This document shows positions 1-12,040 of a stretch of DNA of 64,000 nt, in pieces (position 1 is the stretch's first letter; each line of letters starts with the position of its first letter). Under the pieces are notes generated by a model. The model searched no databases. It was given only the letters and a program-made list of their open reading frames with translations, and was not told where the DNA came from. Position numbers and translations under genes: made by a program. Location of the stretch: positions 951,458-1,015,457 of the forward strand of contig NMRA01000059.1 of assembly GCA_002633005.1 (NCBI GenBank). The letters are read 5' to 3'. This stretch comes from Phoronis australis. Lineage: Eukaryota; Animalia; Phoronida.

Positions 1-904
1 CTTGTTTCACTTTCGTTATCTTTGAGATAGGCGACTTTAAGTAAATTTGTACAGGCCCCCAACATTTCGTTTTCGCGCGACTTACCAGAAAGTGGTTCGG
101 TAATACCAATATTATCGAGAACGATTGCCGTGCCATCTGTCGTGTAGACTATTGTCTCGTTCCCAAACTCAACCAGGGTCGAGTTCAATAACTTTAGTAC
201 CTAGAAAAGCGAGACCCTTTAGATATCGCCTTGAAAGCATGTGATTTTAGCTAGATTTTTCTCGTCGTGAGACAGCTATCGAACTCTACCCTGCACTCCG
301 TTAAGTAGGGTGGGGGACGAAAGAAAATGAACTATAGTAATCGGTGAAGAGGATAATTTATTTGAAATCGGTCTGCCAGCTTTTACAATAAAACATAAGC
401 GCAACTGCTAGTTGTCAATTACAAATTAGAATCCAAATCTAAAGGTAATAAACAGTAAATACAATATTCACATAGGCATAGGCTTCCAATATATAGCGGG
501 GTGGTATAGTGTAGCGTTGTATTTTTATTTTTATTTTTATTTTTACTAAGTGCGGTTGGCCGCCAGAGTCGACTCGACCGATCACGATAGAACTGAAATT
601 ATAATGGTTGTTCTATTAAAAATCCGTAGAGAGAAAGAGGAAAAGAAAGGCATGAATAGAAATTTATACATGTTAATGCTTGTGGCGAAATTTAAAAAAA
701 TCATAATATGTCGAGACCAGATAAAACTAGACAATGTAGAAACAGGTAAAAGAATTAAAATCCAGATTTTTAAATTCTTTTATCTGTTTCTCCATTGTGG
801 CGAAAGTAAAATAGAGTAGTAATAGAGATTCAATTTTTGATGAGATTCTACATAATTTGAGCTGATTGAAAGGACTTACTCTGAGTACTCCAATTGCGAA
901 ATGA

Positions 905-1515
905 TCAGAACGAGAGCACTACATATATTTTATGGGTCCACAAGTATGCTGCCAATGCAGTACTTTATGGCGACTCGGATGGCCAAATTCACACTACAAA
1001 CAACATGAAAATATGCTAAGGCTCTGGAATCGTTTAGTTCTAATGGATGAAAGTAGAATTGTATAAAAAGTCTTTTTATGGGACATTAAACATCGGAACT
1101 CCTGCAATTGCATGGTCAACTACAAAATTTAAAATTATGGAGAAATGCGATTTTTTTTAGAAAATTTCAGGAACAAGCAAATTGTGTCTCTCGAAAACTT
1201 CAAAACATTCAGGTTCCAGTTAGAAGAGTTAAACTGGTTAAAATAATCACTTAGAAACCAAAACTGTACTTATATAGATCCTTCAAGAATGACTGTTGTG
1301 TAGAAGAGTATTTCCGTCTGCCGGTGTCTCAGAGGTCCGTCATAGCTCGATTGAGAGCAGGTATCCTACCATTAGAGGTTGAGGTGGGGCGGTACTTCGG
1401 AATTCTAATTGTGAATGAACGGATTTGTACTGTTTGTAAAAACGGAATTGAAGATGAAGTTTATTTCATCTTTGACTGTGAAAAACAAATTCTTATTCGA
1501 CCATTTTTATACGGT
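905..1515 (+). mobile_element. Degenerate 3' fragment of a non-LTR retrotransposon ORF2 (RTE-X-like)
   Basis: Frameshifted translation gives HKYAANAVLYGD..W and RLWNRL..MDESRI..KVFLWD. ORF 1324-1566 has ARLRAGILPLEVEVGRY...ERICTVCKNGIEDEVYFIFDC, the C-terminal Cys/His-knuckle-type motif of invertebrate RTE-X-type LINEs. Confidence 0.75.
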
Positions 1516-1518
1516 ATT

Positions 1519-1900
1519 CAGAGGCGGATCCAGGATTTTGAGTTGGGGGGCAGGGCACAGGAATGACCTAAATTTCGCACATGTGCGCGCCCAACCTAAA
1601 ATGTAGGGATGCAGGGGTCTCGAATTTTGGGTCTGTGGACCTTATTACTACATTCGCTCCCTGACCCCCCCCCCCCCTTGGTGCACGCAAATGCTAGTCA
1701 GCAATTCACACCCCGAACTGCCAAATGGTATCTGGGAGAATTTGGGGGGAGGCCATGGCCCCCTTGGTCTAGCGAAATTCATTCAAGACGCTTTGCAGGT
1801 TAGAAGTAATTATTTGTTTAAAAACTAGTCTGAAGTGATCATATTTGAGTGTGTGCAATTTTTGAGTAAGCCCATTGAGGCTGGGGGGTGTGGTGAATAT
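1519..1900. mobile_element. Partial MITE with CAGAGGCGGATCCAGG terminus and poly-G/poly-C tracts
   Basis: The left end resembles the TIRs of the MITEs at 2181 and 3248 and cuts off the LINE fragment. The right end was not found, so the end coordinate is approximate. Confidence 0.45.
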
Positions 1901-2180
1901 TCTGTCTTTGAGATTGTATTTACTGGCACCCTTATGTCACTATAATAAATTATAATAATAAAAAATACAAAACGTGAGACATACTTGAAGTTTTAGCTTG
2001 AGGTTAGAACGGATTTTAAACCTCAGGCAGCTCGCCAATTTCTGCAAGTGTGCAGCTTTTTAATAGAGCAAGAGAATGTGAAAACACTAGTGCAAAACAT
2101 GGAAACGCGGAGTATACTAGGTAAGTGGTGCGAACAACCGGAACAATAACTCCATAATTCACATAATACCTACTAAGAGC

Positions 2181-2516
2181 CATAGGCGGATTTAGGGAGG
2201 GGGGCAGGGGGCCCGCCCCCCCCCCTCCATGGCTGCCGCAAGGGAAATGAAACGGCAACAGCGTGAAGCGTGAGGAAATTTTGAGTACTGAGCTCTGTAA
2301 CAAGGATCGGTAGCGGATGAGGGGGGGGCTCAAACCCCAGATCACGGCGGAATCTCATGTTCCCTTTTTTGTTTAGTCCACCGATAGATTTTCTGGTGCA
2401 CATGCCCGGCCTCCGCAACTTTCGGGCCGCCTGTGCACATACTCTCACTCTCGCGCTTTGCCCAATTCCCCGAGGAAACATGTCTCCCCCCTTATGGTAT
2501 CTTAGATCTGCCACTG
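2181..2516. mobile_element. MITE (hAT-like CA..GGCGGAT termini)
   Basis: Imperfect TIRs cataggcggattt / agatctgccactg, flanked by the direct repeat agagc (2176-2180, 2517-2521). Confidence 0.75.
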
Positions 2517-3247
2517 AGAGCATCTTATCAGTTCATCTATCACCGTATCACCCTAAAAACTAAAAAAGCATGGTACATGTATTATAACGACTGCAATCGC
2601 ATTGGGACGTGTGGGGATTTTTAATACCTAATTGGAAATGGCCTTGAGGAAAACTTGTCTGTGCACCCAATATAATAAAAAATCCTAAATGTACTGGAAA
2701 CACATTGTACATTCTTCTATTTCTGCTACTCAAACACCTCAACTTGATTCGCGAAACAACAAAGTTCAGTGAATCTTAATTTAACCTTGAACCCTGGGGT
2801 CGGTCCGATGCGTTCCTTGTCCAATCTTTTGCGCTCATACTCCACCACGAAAAGTTTAATGAAAAATTTCTGTATCGAAAAGCTAAATTTCCTAATTTTT
2901 CAGCACATAAAAAAGCTTACCTTGGCTCTCGTACAACGTCATTATGATCAGGGGGCCTATACTTGTTGCCATAGATACTGTGGCCTATCCACTTTGAATA
3001 TTCCAAGTGAAAAGTTCAAATTTCACAGAACATTCTTAAAAGAGAATGTCACCCAAAAAACAACCTATTTTGTCAATTTAGATCGAGTAGTTCTACTCGA
3101 TAACGACACGTTCGGTTGCGTTACCTGACGGCAGACGGAGGTGTTGAAATTATCCAATGACGTAATTGGTTTCACACGCAGTCTATTCAGCAGTTCACAA
3201 CACGGGTTAGTGGTGTCACTAGCTTATCGCTTGAATTTATCGTTTAA

Positions 3248-3473
3248 CAGAGGCGGATATACAGGGGGATCAGGGGGCTTAACCCCCTTCTCGGGACAGG
3301 ATCAAAAATAAAAGTTGGAAAAAAAATCGTCAAAAAAAAAACGAAATTAGCTACTAAAAACCACAAAAAATATTACACCCTTTTCCGACCTTCCTTCTCC
3401 TCGGCGCTACGCGCCTCGGATTCGCTCGAATCCTAACCCCCTCCCCTTTACTGAAGACGTAGATCTGCCACTG
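3248..3473. mobile_element. MITE nested in Kolobok copy A
   Basis: TIRs cagaggcggatat / agatctgccactg; cgtttaa duplicated on both sides. The paralogous copies (~36075-36110, ~47900-47935) show the empty site. Confidence 0.85.
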
Positions 3474-4279
3474 CGTTTAACACCAATAAATCATCAAACT
3501 TCGATGTAAAACCCTTAAAAACACACCGAGTTCATAAAAAACATGTTGTTTTATTTCACTGTTACGGATTTACTGGTATTCGGACACACCGTAGCCTACA
3601 AAGTGAGGCCAATTTAAACCAAGATCCGTAGCTGGAGTTTGGGGTCTGTTCGGAGATAAATTCGATGTATTCTTCCGTGAAATGCAGACAGGAGAACCTA
3701 GATCTGTGTTGTTTATACTTGTGATTTTTTTAGTTCTAAACACACAAAACGCTTGTTATTCCGGCCAGGGGCTCGGAACCCGATCACTAGGCTAGGCCCG
3801 GCGTCGCGGCCGGACTGACTCGTTATCTCGGCCTAAGATACTTGTCCCGGCCAGTGGCTAGGAACCCGATCAGGCTCGTCGCGGCCGCCGGGACTGGCAT
3901 GAACATAAACCCGGTCAATTACCTTTGTTGCCGCCATCAAAAGCCGGTAACGCAGTGGTTTATTCATTGCTGGCTTCTCAAAACATTAATTTTGCACTCA
4001 CGAGCACTCCAAGGCATTACAAATTGTATCTAATGAGACAGACTTTGTTTCAGTTTCATGTAAGCATTGGTTAGGATGAGATTCATTTTGAAACAGAACG
4101 CAGAATAATAAACGTCTACAGGGCAACTCGCCCGGCGCCAATCCTGACTTAGTCAAGAGCTCATCCGACGAAGACTTCACGGGTCGGATCGTTAGGTTTC
4201 ACAGGCTATCAGTTCGAACACACTGATCAAGAAATACTAGAGTGGCGCCGTGAACATGCACAGGCAACGGAACGTATGG

Positions 4280-4520
4280 ATAGTTCTTTGGTAAGCCGGA
4301 ATTCGTCATAGAAATCACTGTCGACGAAATGCCGGTCACAGACACGGAGATGTTTCACGGCCTCAAGCTTGCTATTAACAGCGTATCTTTCATTCTTCAC
4401 TACCGCGAGCCACTTCCTAAGAATTTTGGGCTCTCGAGAAAGTCGAAAAAACGATATACCCGCTTTCTTCGCAGCAGTTCGGACAAGCGGGAACGATGCA
4501 CCGCAATATATAGCGGCATT
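4280..4520 (-). pseudogene. THAP zinc-finger N-terminus of Kolobok transposase (frameshifted, truncated)
   Basis: ISFFRLSREPKILRKWLAVVKNE...LRVCDRHFVDSDF matches the THAP pattern F-F-x-F-P...R-x-W...V-C-x-x-H-F. Confidence 0.8.
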
Positions 4521-5743
4521 CTCTGCAGACGAACCACTGGCGTCGCTGCGTCGTTTCTCACCTTCGTCACAGGTTAACGCGACACCTCTCGGCAAGGTGA
4601 GGTCGACCGTATAAGAAACGATGTGGATATAGACCGATTAAGACGGTAAAAAAGACTATTTAAATCGGGTGTCATTCTCCTTTAAGCGTTTGGTTGCCTC
4701 ATAAAACCAAAAAGTTTTTTTTTGTTTTGTAGCCCTGGTCAAAGGCAGCAACTTCAAGAAATCTATCCTACCTAATACTGATGAATCACTCGGCATAGGC
4801 CTACTCGTACTCGGCATAGGCCTACTCGTGAATCACTCGGCTTTCGAAAACGAAATATTTTGAAACGAAAATGGACGAGTCTCGAAAAACGTAACATATG
4901 ATATAGACCTTCCTGCACAAAATAACGGGGCATCGTAAGCTTCTCCACAATTAAACTCTCTGGATTTTAATATATTTCCAAGTTACAATCAACATATATC
5001 ACATCTCATAAATTCAACATAACCTTTGAAATACATGCCCTTAATGTAGGCCTGAGTAGAGTATACGTACGTGATATAAAACTGATAGTATTGTACTTAT
5101 TGATGGCTACCGACCGACGAGGAAACCGCTAGAAATACCATAGTTCAACCTCTCTGCTATTTTTATACTTTACCTCAATCACCATTGTCTATTTTACGAA
5201 CCAAAAAGTATGTTGCAATAGCCCAATTCAGGAAAAGTGCAAATATGATCGCCTTTGATGTTCGCCCATGTATATATGCGGTGTCATATTTCCGCATTAT
5301 TACTGATGAAGGGGTGGGACACGCTCACCCTCGTCGATCAAATCAGGTTATAAATATTCGTAATAAAAAGTATCAAAGCCATTAAGTCGCACGCCAGCTT
5401 AAACATGGATTTGATACGGGTAAGTCACGCTTTTGACGGACTGTTTAAGCAAGAGACACGGTGGTTGAAACACATTTTCCACTAAACAGCTACAGGCTCC
5501 ATGATGTCATGGTGCGGTGGTTAGTCGGTAAGGCCCATGGCCCAGCCCTCCCGCGGGAATGTGTTAAGTCGTGGCGACGGAAATGTAGGAATAAATATGG
5601 GGGGTGGAAAGTTTGAATTTGACTGATTTGCTCAATCGCATAGTTATAAACAAAAATTTGACATGAACTTGTTTATGAATATTAAGACTTTAATATTCTA
5701 CTGTCTGATTCAGAAACTGGCATCTACCGCACTTTTCGAAATC

Positions 5744-5968
5744 TTAAAAACACAAGTACTGAATTGCATAGTCGTAGCACATTGCCAATATCCCAGCTTG
5801 GAAATTCATTTCACACCGAAGTCCAGTTTGTGGTTTACACTCGAAGCCAGTTTTCAAAATGTTGGGCGCCAGTTGACGTGAACTGTAGTTGAACGTAATC
5901 CATTCTTCCTTGAATACTTTGCATAACGCATCGACGGGCTCCACACCTGTACCGCAAGGGTCGGGCAA
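5744..5968 (-). CDS. Exon 3 (last) of PAN+WxxW protein: Cys-rich C-terminal half of the WxxW domain
   Basis: Acceptor gtttgttttcag| at 5969, phase 0. LPDPCGTGVEPVDALCKV...FECKPQTGLRCEMNFQ...MCYDYAIQYLCF* matches the WxxW-domain ending C...GL.C...Q...C.DY.I.Y.C. Confidence 0.85.
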   Translation of the reverse strand: MPDPCGTGVEPVDALCKVFKEEWITFNYSSRQLAPNILKTGFECKPQTGLRCEMNFQAGILAMCYDYAIQYLCF

Positions 5969-6147
5969 CTGAAAACAAACGCAAGAAAATGGCGGATCAC
6001 GATGATTTAGTAACTTGAAAAGGTCCTTACTGCAAAAATCTATTAGGTTATGTAGGAGCTTATCCACGTGTTCTTGTATTTAGCTAAGTATCTACAAAAC
6101 TGTAGATTTTAACGAAGTAAAAATACATTTTTTCTGAATGTGGAAAG

Positions 6148-6415
6148 CCTGGTATCTGTTTCATGAAATGTGACTTAAAACTGAAGTCAGAAATTTGGTC
6201 TTACGCGCCACACACTTGTTTATGAAAAACAATTAATTTCACTTGAGCAAAAGTCCAAAACTTCTGAGAATATACACATAAGTGCTAGTTACTGAAATAA
6301 TTTCTAAAAATACTCATAATTACTGGCTAAAGCCTTATTCCGCAACTGTGGAGTGGGAATGGAAGACAAAATTTCCGTCTTAAGTTTAACTCACTTTCAT
6401 GAAACTCTGCCCAGG
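6148..6415. mobile_element. PIF/Harbinger-like MITE in intron 2
   Basis: ~55-bp imperfect TIRs (cctggtatctgtttcatgaaatgtgacttaaa / ttaactcactttcatgaaactctgcccagg). A related end lies at ~17185. Confidence 0.65.
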
Positions 6416-7199
6416 AGAATTTCTTTTTTTATTTCAATAATATACCATTAATTAAGTCACGTGATCATGTATTTAAAAAACGCAAAAAGAAATGTACATT
6501 GCTAACAAAACGATAGTATCAATGACATGGCAAAGTTTCACTTGATATAGATGTTCAAGAAGAAATCTCAAAAAGGTTGTTACGCTTAACAAACTTATCA
6601 TTTCGTTTTCGTTTGATGTTACTTTTGATTGATTTTTCATGAAAACCACAAAAGTCCTATCTATTTTTCATAACCCACATGCAAAAGTGAGCACTCCTAA
6701 AACAGCAGCTCCTAACACTGCATTGTATAAGAGAATAGTGCAGGTGGCTAAAACCGAATTAGGCTTTTTTCTCCCTTGAAATAGTTCTCATAATATTCCT
6801 TATGGTGATAAGATTGTATTTTCGTTCCAAAAAGAACATGAAAACTGTCATCGATTCAAGAAAACGCTTCAAAGTTAATTAAGGTAGGCCAATTGGACAA
6901 TATTGTATATACGACTTGTCTGTGATTTGAGTTGTCTGCTCATTCGATAACATCGATAAGATCGGGTGAGAGTTTTACCTCAAAAGAATTCAACATTGAC
7001 GGCTAAATAGCGGTGAAATTTTAGACAAATTTCTGCACGCTAAGTGGTCTAAATCAAAAGTTATTTTCTGTTTAAAATTAGACAAAGTGCCTGCATTGGT
7101 GCGCTAGTACCAAACAACGCTCTGCAAGGTCACATTTTACACAACTTCCTTCCACCAGTATAAAGTTGTACAAAGTGTACGCGTTAGTAATAAACGCAC

Positions 7200-7288
7200 G
7201 TGTTTTCGGCTCTCGTCGTCTTGCAATATCTGAAACTTGTCTCTATTGAACCATTCCGACCACCAAGGTACAGTCGTTTGTGTCTCTG
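7200..7288 (-). CDS. Exon 2 of PAN+WxxW protein (WxxW motif)
   Basis: Acceptor tttacttttgtag|, donor CAC|gtgcgt. 89 nt, phase 1 in and phase 0 out; encodes AETQTTVPWWSEWFNRDKFQILQDDESRKH. Confidence 0.85.
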
Positions 7289-7599
7289 CTACAAAAGTAA
7301 ACAAGTAGCACCAAGTCTTCAACACAGTACTCCAAGTATTATTAACTATACAGTACTTTAGACATTACAAATTTCATGAGATTAAATATTCACTGAATAT
7401 TTTGGTTAACCTTCAAAAGCTTTTGATGTGATTCATCGGCAAATGTTTTTAAGGCATTCACAATTTTCATTGCCTTCTATGAATGTTTTTGGTTAACCTT
7501 TCAAAAGCTTTTGATGTGATTCAGCGTCAATAGTTTTTAAGAGCAATATAACCAGCTACCTTTCTCCAATTAAAAGTGTTACGCAATGTACAATATTTT

Positions 7600-7997
7600 T
7601 ACGTAGGACCCTAGAAAAATGTTCAAATTCGGCTAACTTAGGAACATCGTTTCTCAAGCTGATCTTTGGCTGATCAGATTTGTATGAAACTTACAGGTAC
7701 TATGTATGTGCACCGTTCTTTAGAATGCTGTTAGGGGCTGCTTTTAAAACGTTCTACTTTTGCATGAGTGGATATTGAAAATAATGCTTTTATGACTATT
7801 TGAAAAAAAAATTTAAGTTCCATAAAACGAAAAAGGATTGATAATTTATAGACCATCGTACAAAAGTGAATCAAATTGGAAACCATAAGTTCACAAAGCA
7901 TATTATCTAATTAAAACTTTCATACGAATTCGATCAGCCATTTCAGAGATGTGATGTTCCGAGATTCCAATTTAGTTTATTTTTTCTACTGTCCTAG
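7600..7997. mobile_element. Old foldback/TIR DNA element in intron 1; member of a dispersed family
   Basis: Ends are degenerate inverted repeats (taggaccctagaaaaa...ggaacatc...ggctgatc...tatgaaa). Related segments are visible at ~6430-6750, ~9615-9690, ~36440-36835 and ~53920-54230. Confidence 0.5.
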
Positions 7998-8130
7998 TTG
8001 ACCATTTAAGTTGGGAATAATTTCAAAATAAGTGCTGGACAGCGTTAAAGTTGACACTAGATTTATCTTCTATTGCATGGAGTCAAACATCAAATGTATT
8101 CGTCAGCATCCTTGTCATTCTTGTACTTAC

Positions 8131-8452
8131 CACCCGATGTCCATCTTAACCAGACATCGTTTTCCTCAACTGTGGTGGAGTCGGAACTAAAGCCGTAGAG
8201 GGTGCATGTACCGGTGGAAGAATTATACGCAGATGCCATACATTCAGCGTCAGTTTTTTCGAAAGCAAGTATTTGGCATTCGGCAACACAGACGACATTA
8301 GTTGGCGTCGAAATAATTCGTGATACTCGGCCTCGAATTTGGAATTTCGAACGCTTAAAAAAGTGAGCAGGGTTTACACGGAGCAGCGTAAAATATTCTG
8401 GAATTTGTAAGACAACCAAAAGAAAAATCAACTCTCGTATAGGCATGGCCAT
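8131..8452 (-). CDS. Exon 1 of PAN+WxxW protein: signal peptide + PAN/apple-like domain
   Basis: Hydrophobic N-terminus (LIFLLVVLQI); four-Cys PAN pattern CVAEC...CMASAYNSSTGTCTLY; strong donor G|gtaagt at 8130, phase 1. Confidence 0.85.
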
Positions 8453-9009
8453 GATTGAGATACCTTATGACTGAACGTCAATAATAATCAGTACACATCA
8501 TCTTAGAGTCAACGATATCTCCTTTTATTTGTCCAATGATTTGACAACCAGTAACTCATTCCACACATTGTATTGACAAAACTAGATGGGTTGTAATATA
8601 ATTTCATTGTGTGACTGTTGACTTTTTGTTCGCTTTTACTCGCTCGATCAGTTTAAAGTTTCGCTTTTTGTATTCTGAATTGATCCCCGTCATGAACAAT
8701 TAAACCAATTAACGCTTGGAACAGCTATCGATAGTCTTCATGACGCAGGTGAGTGGACACCGCGGCTTGATTGTTACAAGTACCATAAAACAACCATAAG
8801 TCGGAGTTTATTAGAGTATGACGAAATCCGACTTAGATCTATTGAGCCGAATTTACTAACTAAAGAGAATCTTTATATCTTTGTTAAGACCCAGACCACT
8901 CAAAACATGACTTATATGCAGTTTTATATTATTGTAACTTTGTGAACTGTAATGTTGAGATAACGTTATATATGGAACTGAATAGGATGACTTTTTGTAT
9001 ATTTATGCA

Positions 9010-9345
9010 AATACATTTTCGGGTTTGAGCCCTTTCATTTACCAATCCTCTTGGGTTTTGAGTGGTGCCGTCCTCCACAATTATTGTCTATTTTACATTT
9101 AAAACGTTTGTGACATCTATTACATTTGTTGCAAATTTAGTGTCAGTTAAGTTTTGCGATTATCACATCAACAATTTTAACATCATTTGTAAAATCTATT
9201 GCTCTGTACCACTAACTTCTATCGTATCGGTCGGTCATTTCTCCGGCCATATTCAACACCTGAAGATGGACGGTGAAATGGCCGACTGAAACGTCAATGC
9301 TCCAATCTAAAAGCTACAGGTTGGTGCTAATAGACCAATATATTT
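9010..9345 (+). mobile_element. Probable Penelope-like element UTR remnant with hammerhead-like motif
   Basis: CTGAAGA-T-stem-GAAACGTC at 9260-9295, preceded by an inverted degenerate copy at 9228-9255. Boundaries are approximate. Confidence 0.45.
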
Positions 9346-10080
9346 TAGAATAGAGGTTAATACGTTACGACTTCAAAGTGGTTTTAAGTTGACAAAAACA
9401 AGTTTGGTTTCATTGTGTTACGGGGTTCGACGTTTCCGAAGAATTGAACATTGACTACGAAAATCAGTGAGAAATATTGTCTTTGTTTCAGATATTGTGT
9501 TTTTTCCTGGTTGCAGTGGTATGCATGAAGACAGAAGTAAACGGGGTAATAGTTTTTGACATCAGTAGTTCTATCAATTTGAAAACAACCCTTGTTCTTT
9601 GATAAGGCCTCCAAAGTTATGTAGGGCTCTAGAAAAATTTCAAATTTGGCAAACTTCGAAACATATATCACAAATGGCTGATCTTATTCATTCAGATACA
9701 GTTTTTATGTATTGATTAGAAATTGTTCTAAATTGTTCCAAATTTGCATGAAAGGCAAACGAAAATATGATTTTTACTGATTTTCATGAAAAATGTGAAA
9801 ATTTGCATAAAAGAAAACTGAAATGATTATTTAGACTGCATCTTGAGTCTTTGCGATTGGAACGAAATTTGTTCGTGTTATTGATACTCGTTGTTTGTTA
9901 CGAATTTGACATTCTTGTTTGCAAAATTTTACTAAAAACACACGTACACAATTAATGGCAAATTAATCAAAATTCTAAAATCAAATTTCACAGGTGCTAT
10001 GTTTTCAGAAAATCTTTACATTTACTGAGTTAAAATCTACAACTTTATACATATTTGGCTTAATACTCAGATTTTATAGA

Positions 10081-10270
10081 ATCAAATCTCAGATCAAATC
10101 TCAGATCGAATCTCAGATTAAATCTCAGATCGAATCTCAGATCGAATCTCAGATCGAATCTCAGATCGAATCTCAGATCGAATCTCAGATCGGATCTCAG
10201 ATGGGATCTCAAATCGGATCTCAGATCAGATCTCAGATCAGATCTCAGATCAAATCTCAGATTAAATCTC
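10081..10270. repeat. 12-bp minisatellite (atcgaatctcag) x ~16
   Basis: Directly visible tandem array. Confidence 0.95.
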
Positions 10271-11426
10271 TGCACGACAAGCATCTGTCATTTCAGGTCG
10301 ATGTGTTTGGTTTCCTCGCATACCTTCACTCCTTTAATTAAGGTTACGTGTACCCCTAATTATTATGTTATATTCAGCCTACAACTCTCCACTGCCAACC
10401 CATAAAAGTATATATTTTCTGAGAGTAGAAGTCAAAACGAATTCATCTATGTCATCCACAACTTTGTGCTATTGTTGTGTTTTTGAATGGTACACCAATA
10501 ACAAATTGATCCTTTAACCTTTATTTTTAAGACTTTGGGCAACAAAACTTTGGAAAACTTGCTCAAAAAGCGTGTCCGGGATTTTAAATAAAACGAACTG
10601 TTTCTTTTAATCTGAAAAAATCTTTATTTGCATTCACTTTCACAACGTGACTCTTAATCCTAAATCAAACATAAAACTCAACGAAATTTTTAATTGAAAA
10701 ACTGAGACATGATTTTCGTATTGAATGGTCGTGTTATCTGAAAATTCAAACACGGGCGACAAAATCCGTCAGCTCTTTTCGAAGAAATTGTGGTTCAAAG
10801 TAGGCAGGTTGGATCAGACAACGAACAAAGAAAAACACCGTTTTGTGTTATCTGTAGCCCACCGTTCTGCCGTGGAATTATGATTAAAACTGTTCTTGGT
10901 GGCTGTGACAGCTGGTGAAATGTGCTCAAAGACTCTTCAATAGGTCATGGTTTCCATAGTTACGTAAATGTGATGAGACTGCACCAATTAATCGGCGTTT
11001 ATTTCACGCTTGTGGGAAATGAAAAGGTGTGTCAGAGACGGTTCTTATGAAATTAGGTCACCTCGATTGGTAGGTGTGTGAAATAATTTACTGGATTTAT
11101 GTGACGTAAAATGAATGTTGTCGTTGAATTTAAATAATAATGAACCGAATTATGTGCAATGATTATGGGTTAAAACGGAAATTGCTCCTTGTATTCACGT
11201 TTTGTGGTTGGACGCTCATTTTCGTGTTAAAACAGTTCTTTTGTCAGATTGCAAATAATGTGTTTTCAATAGCATTTACAGTTATACAACCGATATCTGT
11301 ATGTAAACCCGTTTTATCTTTTAATGAGGATTTTATGACATATATGTAAAACAACAACCGGGAACACATTGATGTTCAACAATAGGCAGGAAACTAATTT
11401 CAGCCAACTGAAGAATGGTGAGTGAT

Positions 11427-12040
11427 ATTTATTTATTTATTGTGATATCTAAAATGAGGGTGGCCTCTTCAATGACAGCATTGCGTTACAAGAGGGCCCT
11501 CAACAACAAAATATAAACCAGTAATATAATACATTAAAGTAATAAAACAATAATTAAATACATTTAACAAAGATACAATTAAAACAGGTTGAGAATTAAT
11601 ACAATAAAGAAATGACAAAGGATGGTGAAAATTGGACTAAGAGAGATTAAATAATTAAAGAGATGACTCTAAATAGTGAGAGTATTTACAATAATGAAAA
11701 ATGACACAATTAAGACAGGTAGGGTGTAAAATGGTTAAGTTTGAAAGTATTAATTGAATCGGACCGTTTAGTTTCTGGGCTAAGAGAGTTCCATATTGTA
11801 GCAGCAGCCTAAATAAAAGATCTCTCGCCAGTCTAGGTTTTAATTTTTTAAAAGAAACATTACCAGCAACGGAAGAACTGTAGAATATACAGCTTGACTG
11901 ATACTGAATTTTCGACTGAGATATGCTGGAGCCACTGTCATAATACCCAGTGATAAGATAGCACCCTTCAACCCTTCTTCTCCATTGAAAATGAAATAAC
12001 AGCTGTGGTATTGTGCAGCTAAAATTCACTTTTCCCAACA
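11427..12040 (-). mobile_element. L2/Crack-type LINE 3' end
   Basis: The minus strand encodes VAPAYL...GERSFI*AAATIWNSLSPETKRSDSINTFK, followed by a 3' UTR with a terminal stem (gagggccctc...gaggccaccctc) and an (AATA)n tail. Confidence 0.75.

Larger units (their letters stand above)
3040..4681 (-). mobile_element. Kolobok-type DNA transposon, non-autonomous copy A
   Basis: TTAA at 3036-3039 and 4682-4685; TIRs aagagaatgtcaccc / gggtgtcattctcct; THAP remnant on the minus strand and KolX start (GYQFEH) on the plus strand. Homologous in reverse to the copies at 31393 and 45973. Confidence 0.85.

Noticed and set aside
5304-5340. CTGATGA followed by a hairpin (gggtggg/ctcaccc)
   Set aside because: No GAAA after the stem, so the hammerhead core is incomplete.
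9994-10341. ORFs with SQIE/DLRF repeats
   Set aside because: Products of the 12-bp minisatellite; no splice or domain support.
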